The notes under the pieces: generated by a model
The model's database searches: none
What the model was told of the DNA's origin: nothing
What the model saw: only the letters and a program-made list of their open reading frames with translations
Origin: Lama glama
Lineage: Eukaryota
Length of the DNA stretch: 64,000 nt
Reading direction: 5' to 3'
NCBI GenBank assembly: GCA_028534125.1
Contig: CM052816.1
Span: 70,558,001-70,622,000, forward strand
Shown: piece by piece, positions 1-12,450 of the stretch
How positions within the stretch are numbered: position 1 is the first letter of the stretch
Layout: every line of letters starts with the position of its first letter
Made by a program: the position numbers and the translations under genes

Positions 1-184
1 AAGTCTCTCAACTTCAAGAGAGCAACCTTTCTTTAAATTGAGTTTCATTTCATTAATATAATATATACTTTGGAGTTGTAAGAATTTTCTAATGTAAAAT
101 GATAAGGAAATAATGTGAATTCAATCAATATTGTTTATACTATCATCAGTGACAGCCATAATTTATGGCATATCCAGAATTATG

Positions 185-365
185 AGCTTTGTACACATTA
201 CTGAGAATTATTTCAGCAATCCTCCAAGATGCATAACAATTGCAATCTTTATATTACAGATAGAAAAACTGAGCCTCTAAGAGACTAAACCACTTTGTCA
301 AAATTATTTGGAATGTGGGGAGGCTGGGATAGAAATTCCATCCTGGCTGACTCTAGAACAAATGC
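185..365 (-). mobile_element. MIR SINE fragment
   Basis: Reverse-orientation MIR core 'ttacagatagaaaaactgagcctctaagag...ctggctgactctagaac'. Confidence 0.65.
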
Positions 366-880
366 TAAAGTATCCATTAAAATCCGGAATTTTGGAAATT
401 TTGAAACTAGTTCACTCTTTTTAAGACCAGTGCCTAGATAAAGCTAGATACTAATTTTTGGAGAAATACATACTACAGTGATTTTAGGTTGGAGGCACTG
501 CCAAATCTGGTTTCATGCCTTTTCAAATTTTATACAAATTCTAACTCCTAGATATTGAGTTCTGATGAAGCAAATAGGAAAAGAACTCCATTTTAATTTT
601 TTTTCTAATTATAGATTGATTTAATGTTGACAGAATAAGCTTAATTTGATATACGTCACAGGAAATACTGACTTGAAAATCACATGAATAAACACAGCAT
701 GTGTGACTTCCGTCACTTTCCTGCCCCAAACTACAATATTTTCAAAATATGGAACATGAATACATAAAGGTACAGAAAGAAGTCAGAGGCTGGGGGAAAT
801 AGGACGGATTCCTTTAAAATTCTAAGGTCAGGTGCAAATGCCTGTTACTAAAATCAGTGTTTTCTCAATACGTCCATTCT

Positions 881-1004
881 GCTTTGCTTTGCTTTGCTTT
901 GCTTTGCTTTGCTTTGCTTTGCTTTGCTTTTCTTTTCTTTTCTTTTCTTTTCTTTTCTTTTCTTTTCTTTCTTTTCTTTTCTTCTTCTTCTTCTTTTTTT
1001 TTTT
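881..1004. repeat. Compound microsatellite (GCTTT)10(TCTTT)8, then CTTTT/CTT units and poly-T
   Basis: Read directly; explains ORF 832..1023 (FALLC/FFSF repeats). Confidence 0.95.
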
Positions 1005-1695
1005 AGTATCATGTACATTTTAAGAAAATGTTTAAGAAACTCCTGCCCTTAATTGGGGATGTTCCCCCCCTATACAGTAACCCAATAAAATACTTTTAAA
1101 GTGGTTCAAACTGGCTTACCAGCCATCTCTAGAGATTAAAATTTTGCTTTCCAAGGATCCTTCATCCACTAAAATAGAAATTTAGGCATGCAAAGCCTAC
1201 AGATGATAGAAAATACCAGATCTTTTCCCTTCAATTTAAAGTCAAAGAATGAAACACATAGTTCAATGGAGGAGAACAGACCCCAGAAAGCAAATGGCCC
1301 AAAAATCTCCCCTGAGGGCATTTGACCACTTATCCATAATTGGCAGAAAAGACCCACAAAAGTTCAGCGATGCTTTCAAGTTGAAAGAAGAAAATGAACG
1401 AATGGAAGAAATGAAAATATGAACAAAATGCAAGGTCTCTATCAATTGGTGCACTGTGCCTTTTACTGTTCCATAACATACAGAGGTCTGACAACACACA
1501 CAGGAAGATGAAAGATAGTTTTATGACATTGGAAATTAGAAGATCAGACCTGTGGTTTTCTGATAATAGTGAGCAAAGTTTAATTCATGATATGCACTTT
1601 GGAATAAAACAATAAAATTGATCGACCTGAAAATAAGACATCTATATCTCATTCTCGATTTGAAATAAGGCAGCTATTATACATGATTTACTTGC

Positions 1696-1832
1696 CAACA
1701 TGTAGAAGGAATGCTTAGTGCATTCTGATTCTCGAACTGTGATGTTTCTTTGAATCTTTCTCTCTTGAGTTCCAGAGAAAAAACTCCGTGATATCTGTCT
1801 TAGAGAATCTAGTGTGACACGGTACTGCATAT
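1696..1832 (-). CDS. ITGA1: ITGA1 exon 17 (137 bp), thigh domain, GC donor
   Basis: ttatag|AT ATG CAG...ATG TTG|gcaagt; encodes (D)MQYRVTLDSLRQISRSFFSGTQERKIQRNITVRESECTKHSFYML. Confidence 0.93.
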
Positions 1833-3206
1833 CTATAAAAGTAAAAAAAAAAAAAAATTGACAGAATTGTTTATTTGGGGTGATTTTCATATGATCCAGC
1901 TCATTAAATTAGTATTTAGAAAAATCTCCTGGGCAATCAGCCAAAAAAAAGTTATTCAGCATATCCACACTACCATAGTACAACGGGATTTTCAGTTAAG
2001 AAGGTAACCTCGAGGAACTCTACAGAACTGCTTTCTGAGTTCACAAGGCTTTTAATGTTTAATTCCACTTATTTAAAATTGTATATGTATGTACACACAC
2101 ACACATCCCCTACATAGCACCTAATCTCTTGACCGTGTCTAAGTGTACTGGGTTTCACTTTTTTTCTTTTTTTTTTTTAGTTTAGAAATGTTGGAACCCT
2201 GCTTAGAATATTGATTATGTTGTATTTCAAGAGATAAAAATATACATTAAGGGCATCTTAACCTATTTTATAAAAAGTGTCATTTCAGATTGTGTTCAAA
2301 GGATATAATAAAATAAACTTAATAAATAAGTTTAATAAAATAAGCGTATCACGATAAGGAAAACATGCTAAACTTTATACTTTCTGTGAAGTCAACAATC
2401 TTTCTTGTTTGATTACTTAACTACTACATAAAAATAAGACTTAAAATGTTGCATATGAAAATATAAAGTATCATGTTGCATTCCTATGACTCACATATCT
2501 TCAAGTCATGGGTTTGCTGCAGATCATAAATACGCACATATGGAGCAAACTAAGAAAAATAGATTTTAAGGATTAATGGTTTTTCTCATTCTGCTTATCC
2601 TGGGTTTGCAGAGTAAATTACTCTTTGGCAGCCAGCGGCCTTCATACTTTTGACTCCAACATGTTTTAGTATCACTAAAACCTGCTTTAGAGGTTGTAGA
2701 ATGCAGGGAGGAGGGGGAGACCCAGGCTGACGTGATGCACCTGAGAACATACACGGAATCTCTCAAAAACTAGGGTCACCTTCTAACTGGAGCAAAGGGA
2801 ACTCAGGAAGGTCGGGGTGGTGAGACTTGCAGCTCCTCTGCAGCACCGGTCTTACTGGACAGACTCCAGCTTCCAACTCTGTCTCTGAATTCTCTCTCCC
2901 TCTCTCTCTCTCTCTTTAGCACTTGGTTGTTCAGAATAAATAGGAGAGGCAGAGGAGAGATATGGAATCCAACTATGGAAGGCCATCAAATATAAGCAGG
3001 TAGTTTTTGCTCCAGAATTTACTGGGCTCCATAACCTTTTCCTTCCACAGCAGAATTTTTTTTCAAGGCTCAACATGTTCACAGGGGCAAATGTGATGTG
3101 CAGATTCCTCTCATCGAGGTAATAAAATGTCATACTGGATTTCATCCTGCTGGAGCAAATATAATGTCCTCCTACCCTGAAGCCCTTCCACATATATGAC
3201 ACTTAC

Positions 3207-3373
3207 CGGCTTCGTAAAGCACGTCTTCCTTGGATTTCAATTTCACAGCAAAACACACGGTGGCATTTATGCATACTGTTTCCTTTCCCTCCACACGGCA
3301 GTTTTTCTTCTGAATATTCACTTTATTGGGTTCAAAATTCATGGTCACTTTAACTACAGCCACATCTCGGGAC
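3207..3373 (-). CDS. ITGA1: ITGA1 exon 16 (167 bp), thigh domain
   Basis: ttgcag|G TCC CGA...GAA GCC G|gtaagt; encodes SRDVAVVKVTMNFEPNKVNIQKKNCRVEGKETVCINATVCFAVKLKSKEDVLYEA. Confidence 0.96.
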
Positions 3374-3591
3374 CTGCAAACACAGAAGCGATGGTGATTG
3401 CTCACACATTTCTACATTTGATGCCTGCCATCACTGGAGGATTGCGAAGTGGGCGCATCAGCGGGATTCTTCTCTGTGTGTAGGATGCTCTCAGGACTCC
3501 TTTCTCTGGTGAATCTTTGATACAGAAGAGATTGTATCTGATGTTCTGAACACACCCAGGTTGCTCTGGAACCACGTCAGGCTTTGGGTTC

Positions 3592-4092
3592 TGAAGGGTG
3601 GCAGAATATTTCACCCTAAAATATAGGACTTCAGGACATGCTACCCTCCCCAAAACACACTGCTCTGGCATATTGATGCTTTTGAGCTGCAGGCACTTAA
3701 AATACAACAGCTGCTGGGAGAGGCAGTTCAGAGTTTCTCCGACCTCCCTTACCAGCCTAAAGATAGAGCCTCCAAGAGGAACTCAGTTGTCATAGATCTC
3801 CTCCCCACGAGTTTCATCAACCAGGGAAGACTGACACTTATCACAAGAGAGGAGTCTGAAGTGGATGCCACACCCAGACAAACTTTGCTATAAACCATCT
3901 TAACTCCCATGCATTCTTTCAAGGGTCTATTCATCTTCCCTAAAAATCATTTACTCTCCCCTAAAAGGCCTATGTCCCCTACCCCTTTCCCTATTAAGAT
4001 GGTTTTTATTCTAAGCTAGCTGGGGAGTCACTTATGTCCCCCAGGCATCTCCCATGTACACAGGAGGGATACGTGTTAATAAACTTCTGTTG

Positions 4093-4126
<34 letters not shown>

Positions 4127-4203
4127 AATCTGTGTTTTTTTTACAAGGGTCTCAGCCAAGAATTCAGAAGGGTAGAGGGGAAATTATTTTTCATCCTCAT
4201 ACA
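3592..4203 (+). mobile_element. Solo ERV1 LTR, MER34-like
   Basis: Starts TGAAGGGTGGCAGAATATTTCACCCTAAAATAT and ends AGAAGGGTAGAGGGGAAATTATTTTTCATCCTCATACA (TG...CA); AATAAA at 4078-4083; imperfect 4-bp TSD gttc/attc. Confidence 0.8.
4087..4126. repeat. (TGT)n microsatellite inside the LTR
   Basis: tgttgttgtt... run; explains the poly-V in ORF 4034..4249. Confidence 0.9.
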
Positions 4204-4489
4204 ATTCATAGGCCAAAGATGTGTTTTGCCCGTGATAGAAAAGAGGTGAAATCAAGTGGCCAGGTGCAGCCTCAGAATCCAAACCATATTTTCAGCACCT
4301 TCGAGTTTGTTCCCAATCTGGAAAGAGTTCAGAGGCCCCTGGACGACTTTTCTGCACTGTAACACTTGTCTGTTTTTCCTGTGGGTTCAGCCCTGCCCCT
4401 GCTTCTGGGAAGGAGGAGCAGATCAGCACCTGAAGCAAGGCAACACGCTCTTTCTAATTCATTTAAACTTGAAATTAACCTTCATAGCA

Positions 4490-4625
4490 AGACATACTAT
4501 TATCTCTGTTTTATATGTGAGATAACCGAGGCTCTGAGAGATTAAGTATTTAACCTAAGGTCAAAAGCTGTCCAGAGTGTAAAACTGGGATTTAAACCCA
4601 GTTTTTTTAAAATTCCAAAGCCAAG
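4490..4625 (-). mobile_element. MIR SINE fragment
   Basis: 'gagataaccgaggctctgagagattaagtatttaacctaaggtc...ctgggatttaaacccag' is a reverse MIR core. Confidence 0.75.
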
Positions 4626-4927
4626 AGCAGAGTAATCCAAAATTAGGCAAGAAGAGTGCATGGAGCCAGAGGCCGGTGCGTGAGAATCAATCTGCCTTGT
4701 AACCAGACTGGCTCTTTAGAGCTAGGTATCTTGTGAATACAAAGTTCCTTGCTTATGCTTTTGCATTTGAAAAGAAAAATTTTATTTTTCTTTTACAATG
4801 ATTTACTCATAGAAAATATGGAAACACAGTGAAGGAAACAAAGGAAATACAAATCAGTTGTAATTCTGCTACTCAGCAATAATTACCATTCACACTGGTA
4901 CACTAAGCACTTTTGTCTTTGCAGAAG

Positions 4928-4957
4928 AATATATATATATTCATATATATTCACATT

Positions 4958-4993
<36 letters not shown>

Positions 4994-5062
4994 CCCATAC
5001 ACATACATGCATCCATACATATATATACACACACAGGCCCATATACATATGTAAACATACAT
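4928..5062. repeat. (TA)n/(CATA)n low-complexity tract within old L1-like sequence
   Basis: Read directly. Confidence 0.85.
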
Positions 5063-7034
5063 ACTTTAAAAACTTATAATATAATGAACAGCTTTCCAAT
5101 ATTTATATTCTTCTGTGAACATCATTTTTAATGGCAGTATACTGATCCAACATATGCCTGAACCATAATCTATTTACTCAGTTCCCTCTTATTGTATATT
5201 TAATTTTTTTTAAATAGTTATTACCTGCAGCATGTGATCCCACTCTAAAGATCATATATCTTTAACCACACATTATATGTTTAAAAAATTTTAGGAGGTA
5301 AATTCCTCGTTAAAAAGTATGAACATTTTAAGGCTTTTTAAACACCTTAGTGACAAATACCTGCTAATGGGTTTTAGTCGCTTTACCCTTTTGCCAGCAA
5401 CAATGAGTGTGTCTAGTTCCCTGCTAGGAAGTCTGGCTCCTACAGGCATGAGGCTGCCTTGACCACTCCCCACCCCACAGCTCCTCTCTGCCCGGCACAG
5501 ATCTTTATAGCTTTGATGACTCAGCCTGTCCCACAGAATGGGGCTTTCATTATCTGCTCTCTGAATGCTGGGCGGGCCTCTGTTTATCACCCGCCATCTA
5601 TATCCACTCTCAGTCCCTCCTTAAGCATTGCAAATCTTGGTCTTCATGCTGCAGCGTGCTGGGTTAATCCATTTTGCTGGGTGATTACAGGGACCCAATT
5701 CTGTCACTTTGGCTCATTAATAATAAAGCCTTGATCAGAAGCAAGAAAGGCTCTGTTTTCAGAGCTTTGTAAGAAGCCCTTGAAACAAAACTGGAGAATA
5801 AAAACTGTCCTTAAAACATATGTGTATATATTTAATATAAGAAGGTGAATACAATAAATATTTGTGAGTGAAGATTATCCTAATGAATTAATCCAGGATT
5901 AACAGTTCAAACAAAACCTAAATGTACTAAATGTACTCTTTGTTCCTGACACTGGGGACTTCTGGTTTGGATCCTTGCTTTGGGTGGGCCCCCCACAAAG
6001 TCACAGCCGTTGCTACCCATATCCTTCCCTCCCAGGCATCACTGGTCAGTTTTCCTTGCCCTCTACTGTAAAGTTAAAAAAAGTTTTTACCATAATGGTT
6101 ACAATCTGTGTATAGTTTGGTGTACAATTTTTAGTTGACTATTAGTTCTTTAGCATTATCTTAAATTCTGATAAAGTCACCTATTTTCAAGTTTCTGTTG
6201 TCACCTCACAATTTTCTTTACTATCCTACATACATTTTTGGAAAAAGACCATCTGAATTGTATTAAACCAATGATTAATTTGAAAGAATCAACATGTGGC
6301 CTTTCCATCAAGGGACATGATATCAATACATTATTTAAATTTACTAAATCCTTCCTTTATGTGTCTTAACAAAGCTAGTAATATTTTTCAAAATTATCAC
6401 ATACATTTCTCATTAAGGTTATTCTTGATTTTTTTTTTAGTTATCTTTTCTTCAAACAGAACCCTTTTTCGAAATTGTATCTTTTTAACTGGTTCACAAG
6501 TTGGTTGTTAATGTTGTTAATTAATAGATTATTATTTTACTAATCAATCAAAACATTAATAAATGGCATTAATAAATGTATCTAACCATTGATGAAGGTT
6601 TTACAATTGACTGAAATTCATTGGGGATGTAGGCATTTTAAAGGCTGAGAAAAAGTATTATTGTAGATGCTTCTTTGCTCGACTAACAATATAAACACAA
6701 TCAGACAATGATGCACACTTGTCTAACTCTATGTATTAGGTAAAATGAATGAAAAGTCAGTTACCCCTGAAAGCTCGTAAGCAACTTAAATTTAGGGAAA
6801 CTTTCTTGTCTATATACCTCCTTTATGAGGCCCTCTTTTCCCCTATGACTCCCCCCAAACAGAATACTTATCTTAATGCCAGCCACATAATAGATACCGC
6901 AAATTAAGAGTTGATTCTACTCGTTCCTTTAATACGGTTTTTAAATTTTTAAGATGTATCAACTTTTCCATATTCCCAAACTGCATAATTTTTATCTGAC
7001 TGGGGAGTTAATTGGGTGTTATTAAAATACTTAC

Positions 7035-7165
7035 CAGAAGAGGGCAGCACCACCAAGGCCCCCAATAGTGACATCGGTCAGACCGTCACCATTTAAATCC
7101 ATTTCTCCGTGGATAGACTGGCCAAAAAATTTCAGTGTCTCGCCATCTCCCCCTGATGGGATACG
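7035..7165 (-). CDS. ITGA1: ITGA1 exon 15 (131 bp), last FG-GAP repeat (DLNGDGLTD)
   Basis: tcacag|CGT ATC...TTC TG|gtaagt; encodes RIPSGGDGETLKFFGQSIHGEMDLNGDGLTDVTIGGLGGAALF(W). Confidence 0.96.
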
Positions 7166-9655
7166 CTGTGAAAAATCCCAGCAGAGAGTTTTTATGTCAG
7201 AAGAGTCTCTTCAATAATAGTTTCAATTCTAAATCTGAGAACTTGGATTGGTTAACAATTAAAATCAGAGATCTTTTGGAAACCTGCCCAATAGGCCCCT
7301 CATGTGGAGACAAGAGGAATTACTCAGATATTCCCAAAGGATATTCTTTTTATAGTTCAGACAAAATCATTTCAGGGTTAGTGACACCAGAGAGAGGGGA
7401 AAAATTATATAACGTCATCTTGTCTAACCCTCAAGGAAAACATTATGAGTAATTGGCTCTGCTTTCTAGTTCCTGCCAAATTCAATGACACAGAGATACT
7501 TAAACGTACTGGAAACACACCCTACAAGCAAGAGAGGGAGTAGAAAATAGTCCTAGGGTCAACTGGAGGTTCACTGAACTTTGAAGCTGGGGATAAATAA
7601 TACATTCCATAAAATACATTTTTCAATATGCAGTCTTTACTGTCTGCCAGAAATGGTCCTGAAAGTCAAGAGCATAAGAGACTCAATTTCATTCACGTGT
7701 ATCCACAATGTTGGGAAGGCACATGTGAACATGGAGTTCTCGAGGACTGAGTTGTGCCCCTTATCATGCACCATTAGTTTGACCACTGTACTTCCTGACT
7801 TAGCTTAGGTTCAAGCTGATAATATTTTAATAGAATGCGATGGCAGGGAGACTGGACTGATAGACCCTTCTAACCTTGGGATCTCCTTATCCTCCTGTTT
7901 TCCACTTAAATACCATAAAGTAAGAAGCCAGATAGGCCAAATGGAAACATTTTTCATGCTTAAATGTCTGTGGCTCATTGGAAAGAATTTCTTTATTTTT
8001 TCAGCAAAGAAATCAGGAGATATCTGCGCCATGGCTTCTGGAGGACTTGATTCAGTGTGATTCTGGATCATTCCATATACAAACAGCACCTTTAGTTACC
8101 ATGGAAATGAATGAGCAAATGCTCACATATCCTTGGGAAAGCATTCTGCCAATAACTAAACAAACTCAACTCTAATATTCTTTTCTGTTGTTGCTTAAAG
8201 CTGCATCTTGATTTACCACCATTTTACAAAATTAATTGCCTATGAAAATCTATTCTGTTTATTAATGATTTAAAAATTCTTCTTTTGTCTACTGCAAATG
8301 CCACTCCATTAAATTTGAAGGAGTGAAACTGAATGAATAAAGCGGTAAAACACAAGAAAGAAACTCCTTTCTCTGGTTCCCAGTTCCATCACACCCCAGT
8401 AGTTAATACTGTCTGTTTTTAGTTAAGAAATACCATGAAGATTTTTAACAGAAAAAAATTACTTATTTAAGTGGTTAGGAGTGTTGTTACTGAAATACAC
8501 CCTTTATTTTGTTGTTTCATTAGTAATGTCATTATACTTTATGAAAAATTAAGTACAACTTCACAAGACATGAATAGATTTTCAGAATTCTATTGACTAC
8601 AGAACCAAAGAGAACAGTCAAATGTGAAAAGAAATAATTGATGTTCTCGTTCTCTTCTCATGTTATACAAGCTGGAAAAGTAATGAATTCTATTTTATTT
8701 GTAAGTAGTTTTTCAGTGCTTAATTAACTATGGTTACTTAAAAACAGACAGTTACACTAGAAGAATTCCTTTAAACTCTCTTTTTGTATAATGCATGAAT
8801 CACTTCTGTAAGCTGATATTTTTCTCGTGTAGGAAAAAATGGTATTTGTAGATTAGAGCCATTAGCTGACAATAAATGTAAAACAAGAACAATAGAAACC
8901 CCTGCAGGTTAAGCTTAATTATTCAGATTTTCTTCCAAGAGGGATTACTTGTGAGAAAATTATAAACCTTCAGAAACCCACGTTTAATGAAGAAAATTTA
9001 CCAATTTAATTCATAAACATAAGCTTAATATGATTTTATTATAACAACATAGGCATTGGATATAAAAACAGTAATTTCTCCTTTATTGGCTAAATCATAT
9101 AATTACTGTTCTCTCATTCAGAAAGTGGTACCCTCTGTTTAGGATCAGACACTGTAGATGTTAAATAGCATTATTAAAAAGTGTTCTTTAATTTTGCTTT
9201 TTTACCATTTCAAAGGCTTAGATCATGGAGACAAGGCAAGTAACAACAGGAAAAAAAAGACTAGGCAAAAGAATAAAATACAAGTAATTCTTCTACAAAG
9301 AAAACTTAGGAGAGAATTAGAAATCCAGTTTCCCAGTAGAGTCAGAAGAAAAAAGTTAAATAACTCAATGAAGCAAGACAGGTGATGCCTGGCATTGAAT
9401 CCACTTATCACTTAAGGGCAAGAATCACAGAAGTGGAAATATATATATATATATAAAAATATATATATGTAATATATATAAATTTATATTTATAGTAATA
9501 AACCAGCATTACCTCTATAAATAATAAAACTTTAAAAAACCCATACACTGTTACTGACTACATGACAATATACCGTTGTTGTATTGCAGTGACATCCATT
9601 CCTGCTACACTAAAATAACAAATGAATAAAAGAATCTGTAGGTTTGACTTCTTAC

Positions 9656-9913
9656 TTGTGCGTATTCTTTCCTTATGGTCTTGCCACTCCCATGATAAAT
9701 GTACACGGCTCCCCCGTGATCATCTTCCAGGGGGGCTCCTATCACAACGTCATTAAATCCATCAAGGTTGAGGTCTTTCACAGCAGCAATAGCTGTTCCG
9801 AAACGAGCCCCGCATGGCTCATTTTTGTTTTCCTTGGTGCATGAATTGTGCTTCGGAGATGAACAGCAAGTCTGCTTAATGGGTTCCAGGCTCATTTGAT
9901 ATTCAAACGTTGT
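9656..9913 (-). CDS. ITGA1: ITGA1 exon 14 (258 bp), FG-GAP repeat with DLNLDGFND
   Basis: ttccag|ACA ACG...GCA CAA|gtaaga; encodes TTFEYQMSLEPIKQTCCSSPKHNSCTKENKNEPCGARFGTAIAAVKDLNLDGFNDVVIGAPLEDDHGGAVYIYHGSGKTIRKEYAQ. Confidence 0.97.
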
Positions 9914-10686
9914 CTGGAAGAAAGATAAACAGGATACTTATGGATTTCTATCATTACTACAGCCGAGTGGAGTTTTTAAGTACCTACTAAATCAATGCTA
10001 TTAGAAACCATTTGTACTTCAATGGTAAAGTTTGTAAAATTTCTTAAAAAGTATGCCTAGCTGAGAGCAAAGTTAGAGATTTCAAAAAACAGACTGTAGA
10101 AGTGTGGGAAAGACAACATACTGAGGATTTTAACGATTCTCTTTTTAATGTAACCGAGTGAGTATATAAGTCACAGCAGCTTTTTAAAGCTGAAGCACTG
10201 GATTTTTAAACCCTCAGGTTGTGTCACTATCCTTTCTTCACCCATTATTGTGCTTTTTGGAAAAATCTCTATGTATTTTCTCCTATAAAGGACAGAAAGT
10301 ACTAGCAATGACGAACAGGAACACACTTTCTTGGGAAAAAAGGGGAAAGTAACAGAGGACCAAAAAAGTTGACAGGAAGAAGCAAAAATATGATAGGGAG
10401 AAAGATATGTAATTTATGATTTAAAATAATTAATATGGGAGAGGCTCTAAGAACTTAACAAACCAGATAGACACATCCTGACTTTGCTGTAAACAGCAAA
10501 CAATTCTTTTAATGAAGAAATCAAGAATTATTTCACTTAGCAAATGATGCCTAAAGGTAGGATCAGAAAAACCAGGTCTCATTCTAGCCCAGTGAAGTAT
10601 TCCAAAGACCGTAGCAGGTCGCTCAAAGTGTCTTAGTGTCATTGCCTACAATTCACTGCTTCTCCACAATCTCTCCCCCTGCCTCC

Positions 10687-10688
<2 letters not shown>

Positions 10689-10726
<38 letters not shown>
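10689..10726. repeat. (CA)19 microsatellite
   Basis: Perfect CA run. Confidence 0.95.
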
Positions 10727-10727
<1 letters not shown>

Positions 10728-11067
10728 CTTTAAATGTTAACATTACCCACCTCTAGGCCAGAGCTCATGAATGTTTGCCTTGTGAGTTTATTTAGCAATT
10801 TAACACCATTTATTTACCTTTATTTCATATAATTTGTACCCAAAGTTCACATTTACAAGCAGAAAATGTCTAGTGTTTTGAAATACTTTGCTAGAATTCT
10901 AAATGTTTGTTTAGAGACTGAGGGGTTAGTGGGGTTGATTGGCCCTGAAAGCCTCTTTCCTCCTTTTTCCGAAGTGAGTGAAGAAAATTAGAACAACATA
11001 ATTAATTGAAATTTTAAGAAAGGAAGAGGTTTCCCTAGGTCTCTACCAAACTCACAGTGACCATTAC

Positions 11068-11211
11068 CTGGTTCAGAGCGTACACGTACACTTTTCCCTG
11101 TTCCTCCTTCTCTGTTCCCATGTACATGGGGGCTCCAACCAGAAGAATGTCAGTATTAGAATCTTTATCAATGTCAATTGTTGTTAAAACGCTGCCAAAG
11201 TAGGAACCGAT
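11068..11211 (-). CDS. ITGA1: ITGA1 exon 13 (144 bp), FG-GAP repeat with Ca-binding DIDKDSNTD
   Basis: tcctag|ATC GGT...AAC CAG|gtaatg; encodes IGSYFGSVLTTIDIDKDSNTDILLVGAPMYMGTEKEEQGKVYVYALNQ. Confidence 0.96.
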
Positions 11212-11869
11212 CTAGGATATGAAACAAAGCAGAACAAAACAGTGTGCACATCAGAAATTCTCAAGGAAGCTAAAAACCTCCGTTTCTATAGCTTATACCA
11301 ATCCAGAAGAGTCTCTGAGATTCAGATGACAAAGGAAATGAAATACAGAAACGGATGCTACCTGAGAGCTCTTTACTGGCTCTTAGGCTAATGAGTCTCG
11401 GTCAGGCCCATCCCTGAGGAGGAGTGGCTGCCACAGATTCTGTAGCCTGAGAACATGAGAAGTGATTTCCTTTGGATTTCACCCAAACCTCTCTTCTCCA
11501 CAAATCAGAAAAGATCAGAAATAATATAATGACTTTTAAAGAAAATAAATGAAATAAACAACAGAAGGCATTCCCAAATGGCTTCAGTACATGTTTAAAT
11601 ACAGTAAGGTGAAAGTATGAAATTAAATACATCGTGAGGAATTGAACTGTCTCGGAGGAATGGGGCAGCACACTTCATCTTAGAGTCTTAGAAGACTGTG
11701 TACTCGGTGATATGGCTAAGTCTTGTCCCAGCAGCTATGAAAGACCAGAGAAATATAAAAAGATGGATTGCAGGGGGACCATCCCCTTGTAAGATTGTAT
11801 TTCCTCTTTTAAATATAAGGATGAATTTTAGGGAAATCCAGGAGATCTGTGCAATAACTTTCCCAAGTA

Positions 11870-12190
11870 TCAACCTGCGTTTGATATTTGATTCTCTTGA
11901 AAATTTTCTCATTGAAACTTCTTGTCTTGGCTTCCATGATTTTACTTTTGTTCTCCTGATTCTGCCATGATACCACAGCCCACCCTTTCTTTTCATTTTG
12001 CTGGCTCCTTTCTCTCCTTCTGTCCCCTAGGTTTTGGCTTCCCCTGAGTTCAGACCTCTCACCTTAGATGACCAGCTCTTCCCAAACATTTCTGTTATCT
12101 CAAATGGCAAATTTCACTCCACCCTCCTTCTCAGGACTCCAGTTCCACATTCCTACACATTGCTAGACATTTAGACAGATGCTCCATATT
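11870..12190 (+). mobile_element. L2 LINE fragment
   Basis: 'ttgaaacttcttgtcttggcttccatga...ctcctgattc' and 'ccagttccacattcc...tgctagacattt' are L2-like motifs. Confidence 0.6.
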
Positions 12191-12249
12191 GATTTTTCTC
12201 ACAGGCTTATGAAGGGTTTAGAAGGTCTAATTAATTAATTAACTACAAA

Positions 12250-12450
12250 CAAAATGTTGGCAGATCTGGCATTGTTGGACTTTCATTTCTACACAGCAAT
12301 AGTCACCGGGAGCTGAGTGGGAGCTGAGCCTTTAGATGGACCACAAGCTGCCCAGGCCATGGCTCCCACCCCCCATCGTCTTCTATCCAGCAGCTTTTTT
12401 ATTTGCTTTACCCACTCTCTACTTGCAACCATTTGAATTTGTGTTCCCTG
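12250..12450. mobile_element. hAT-Charlie (MER102-like) DNA transposon relic
   Basis: 'agatctggca...ttctacacagcaat...ggagctgagt...cctttagatgg' and terminal 'ttgaatttgtgttccctg'. Confidence 0.5.

Noticed and set aside
7656..7668. gtcctgaaagtca, resembling part of exon 18 (DFQD) in reverse
   Set aside because: Short chance match in intron 14, out of exon order and without flanking homology.
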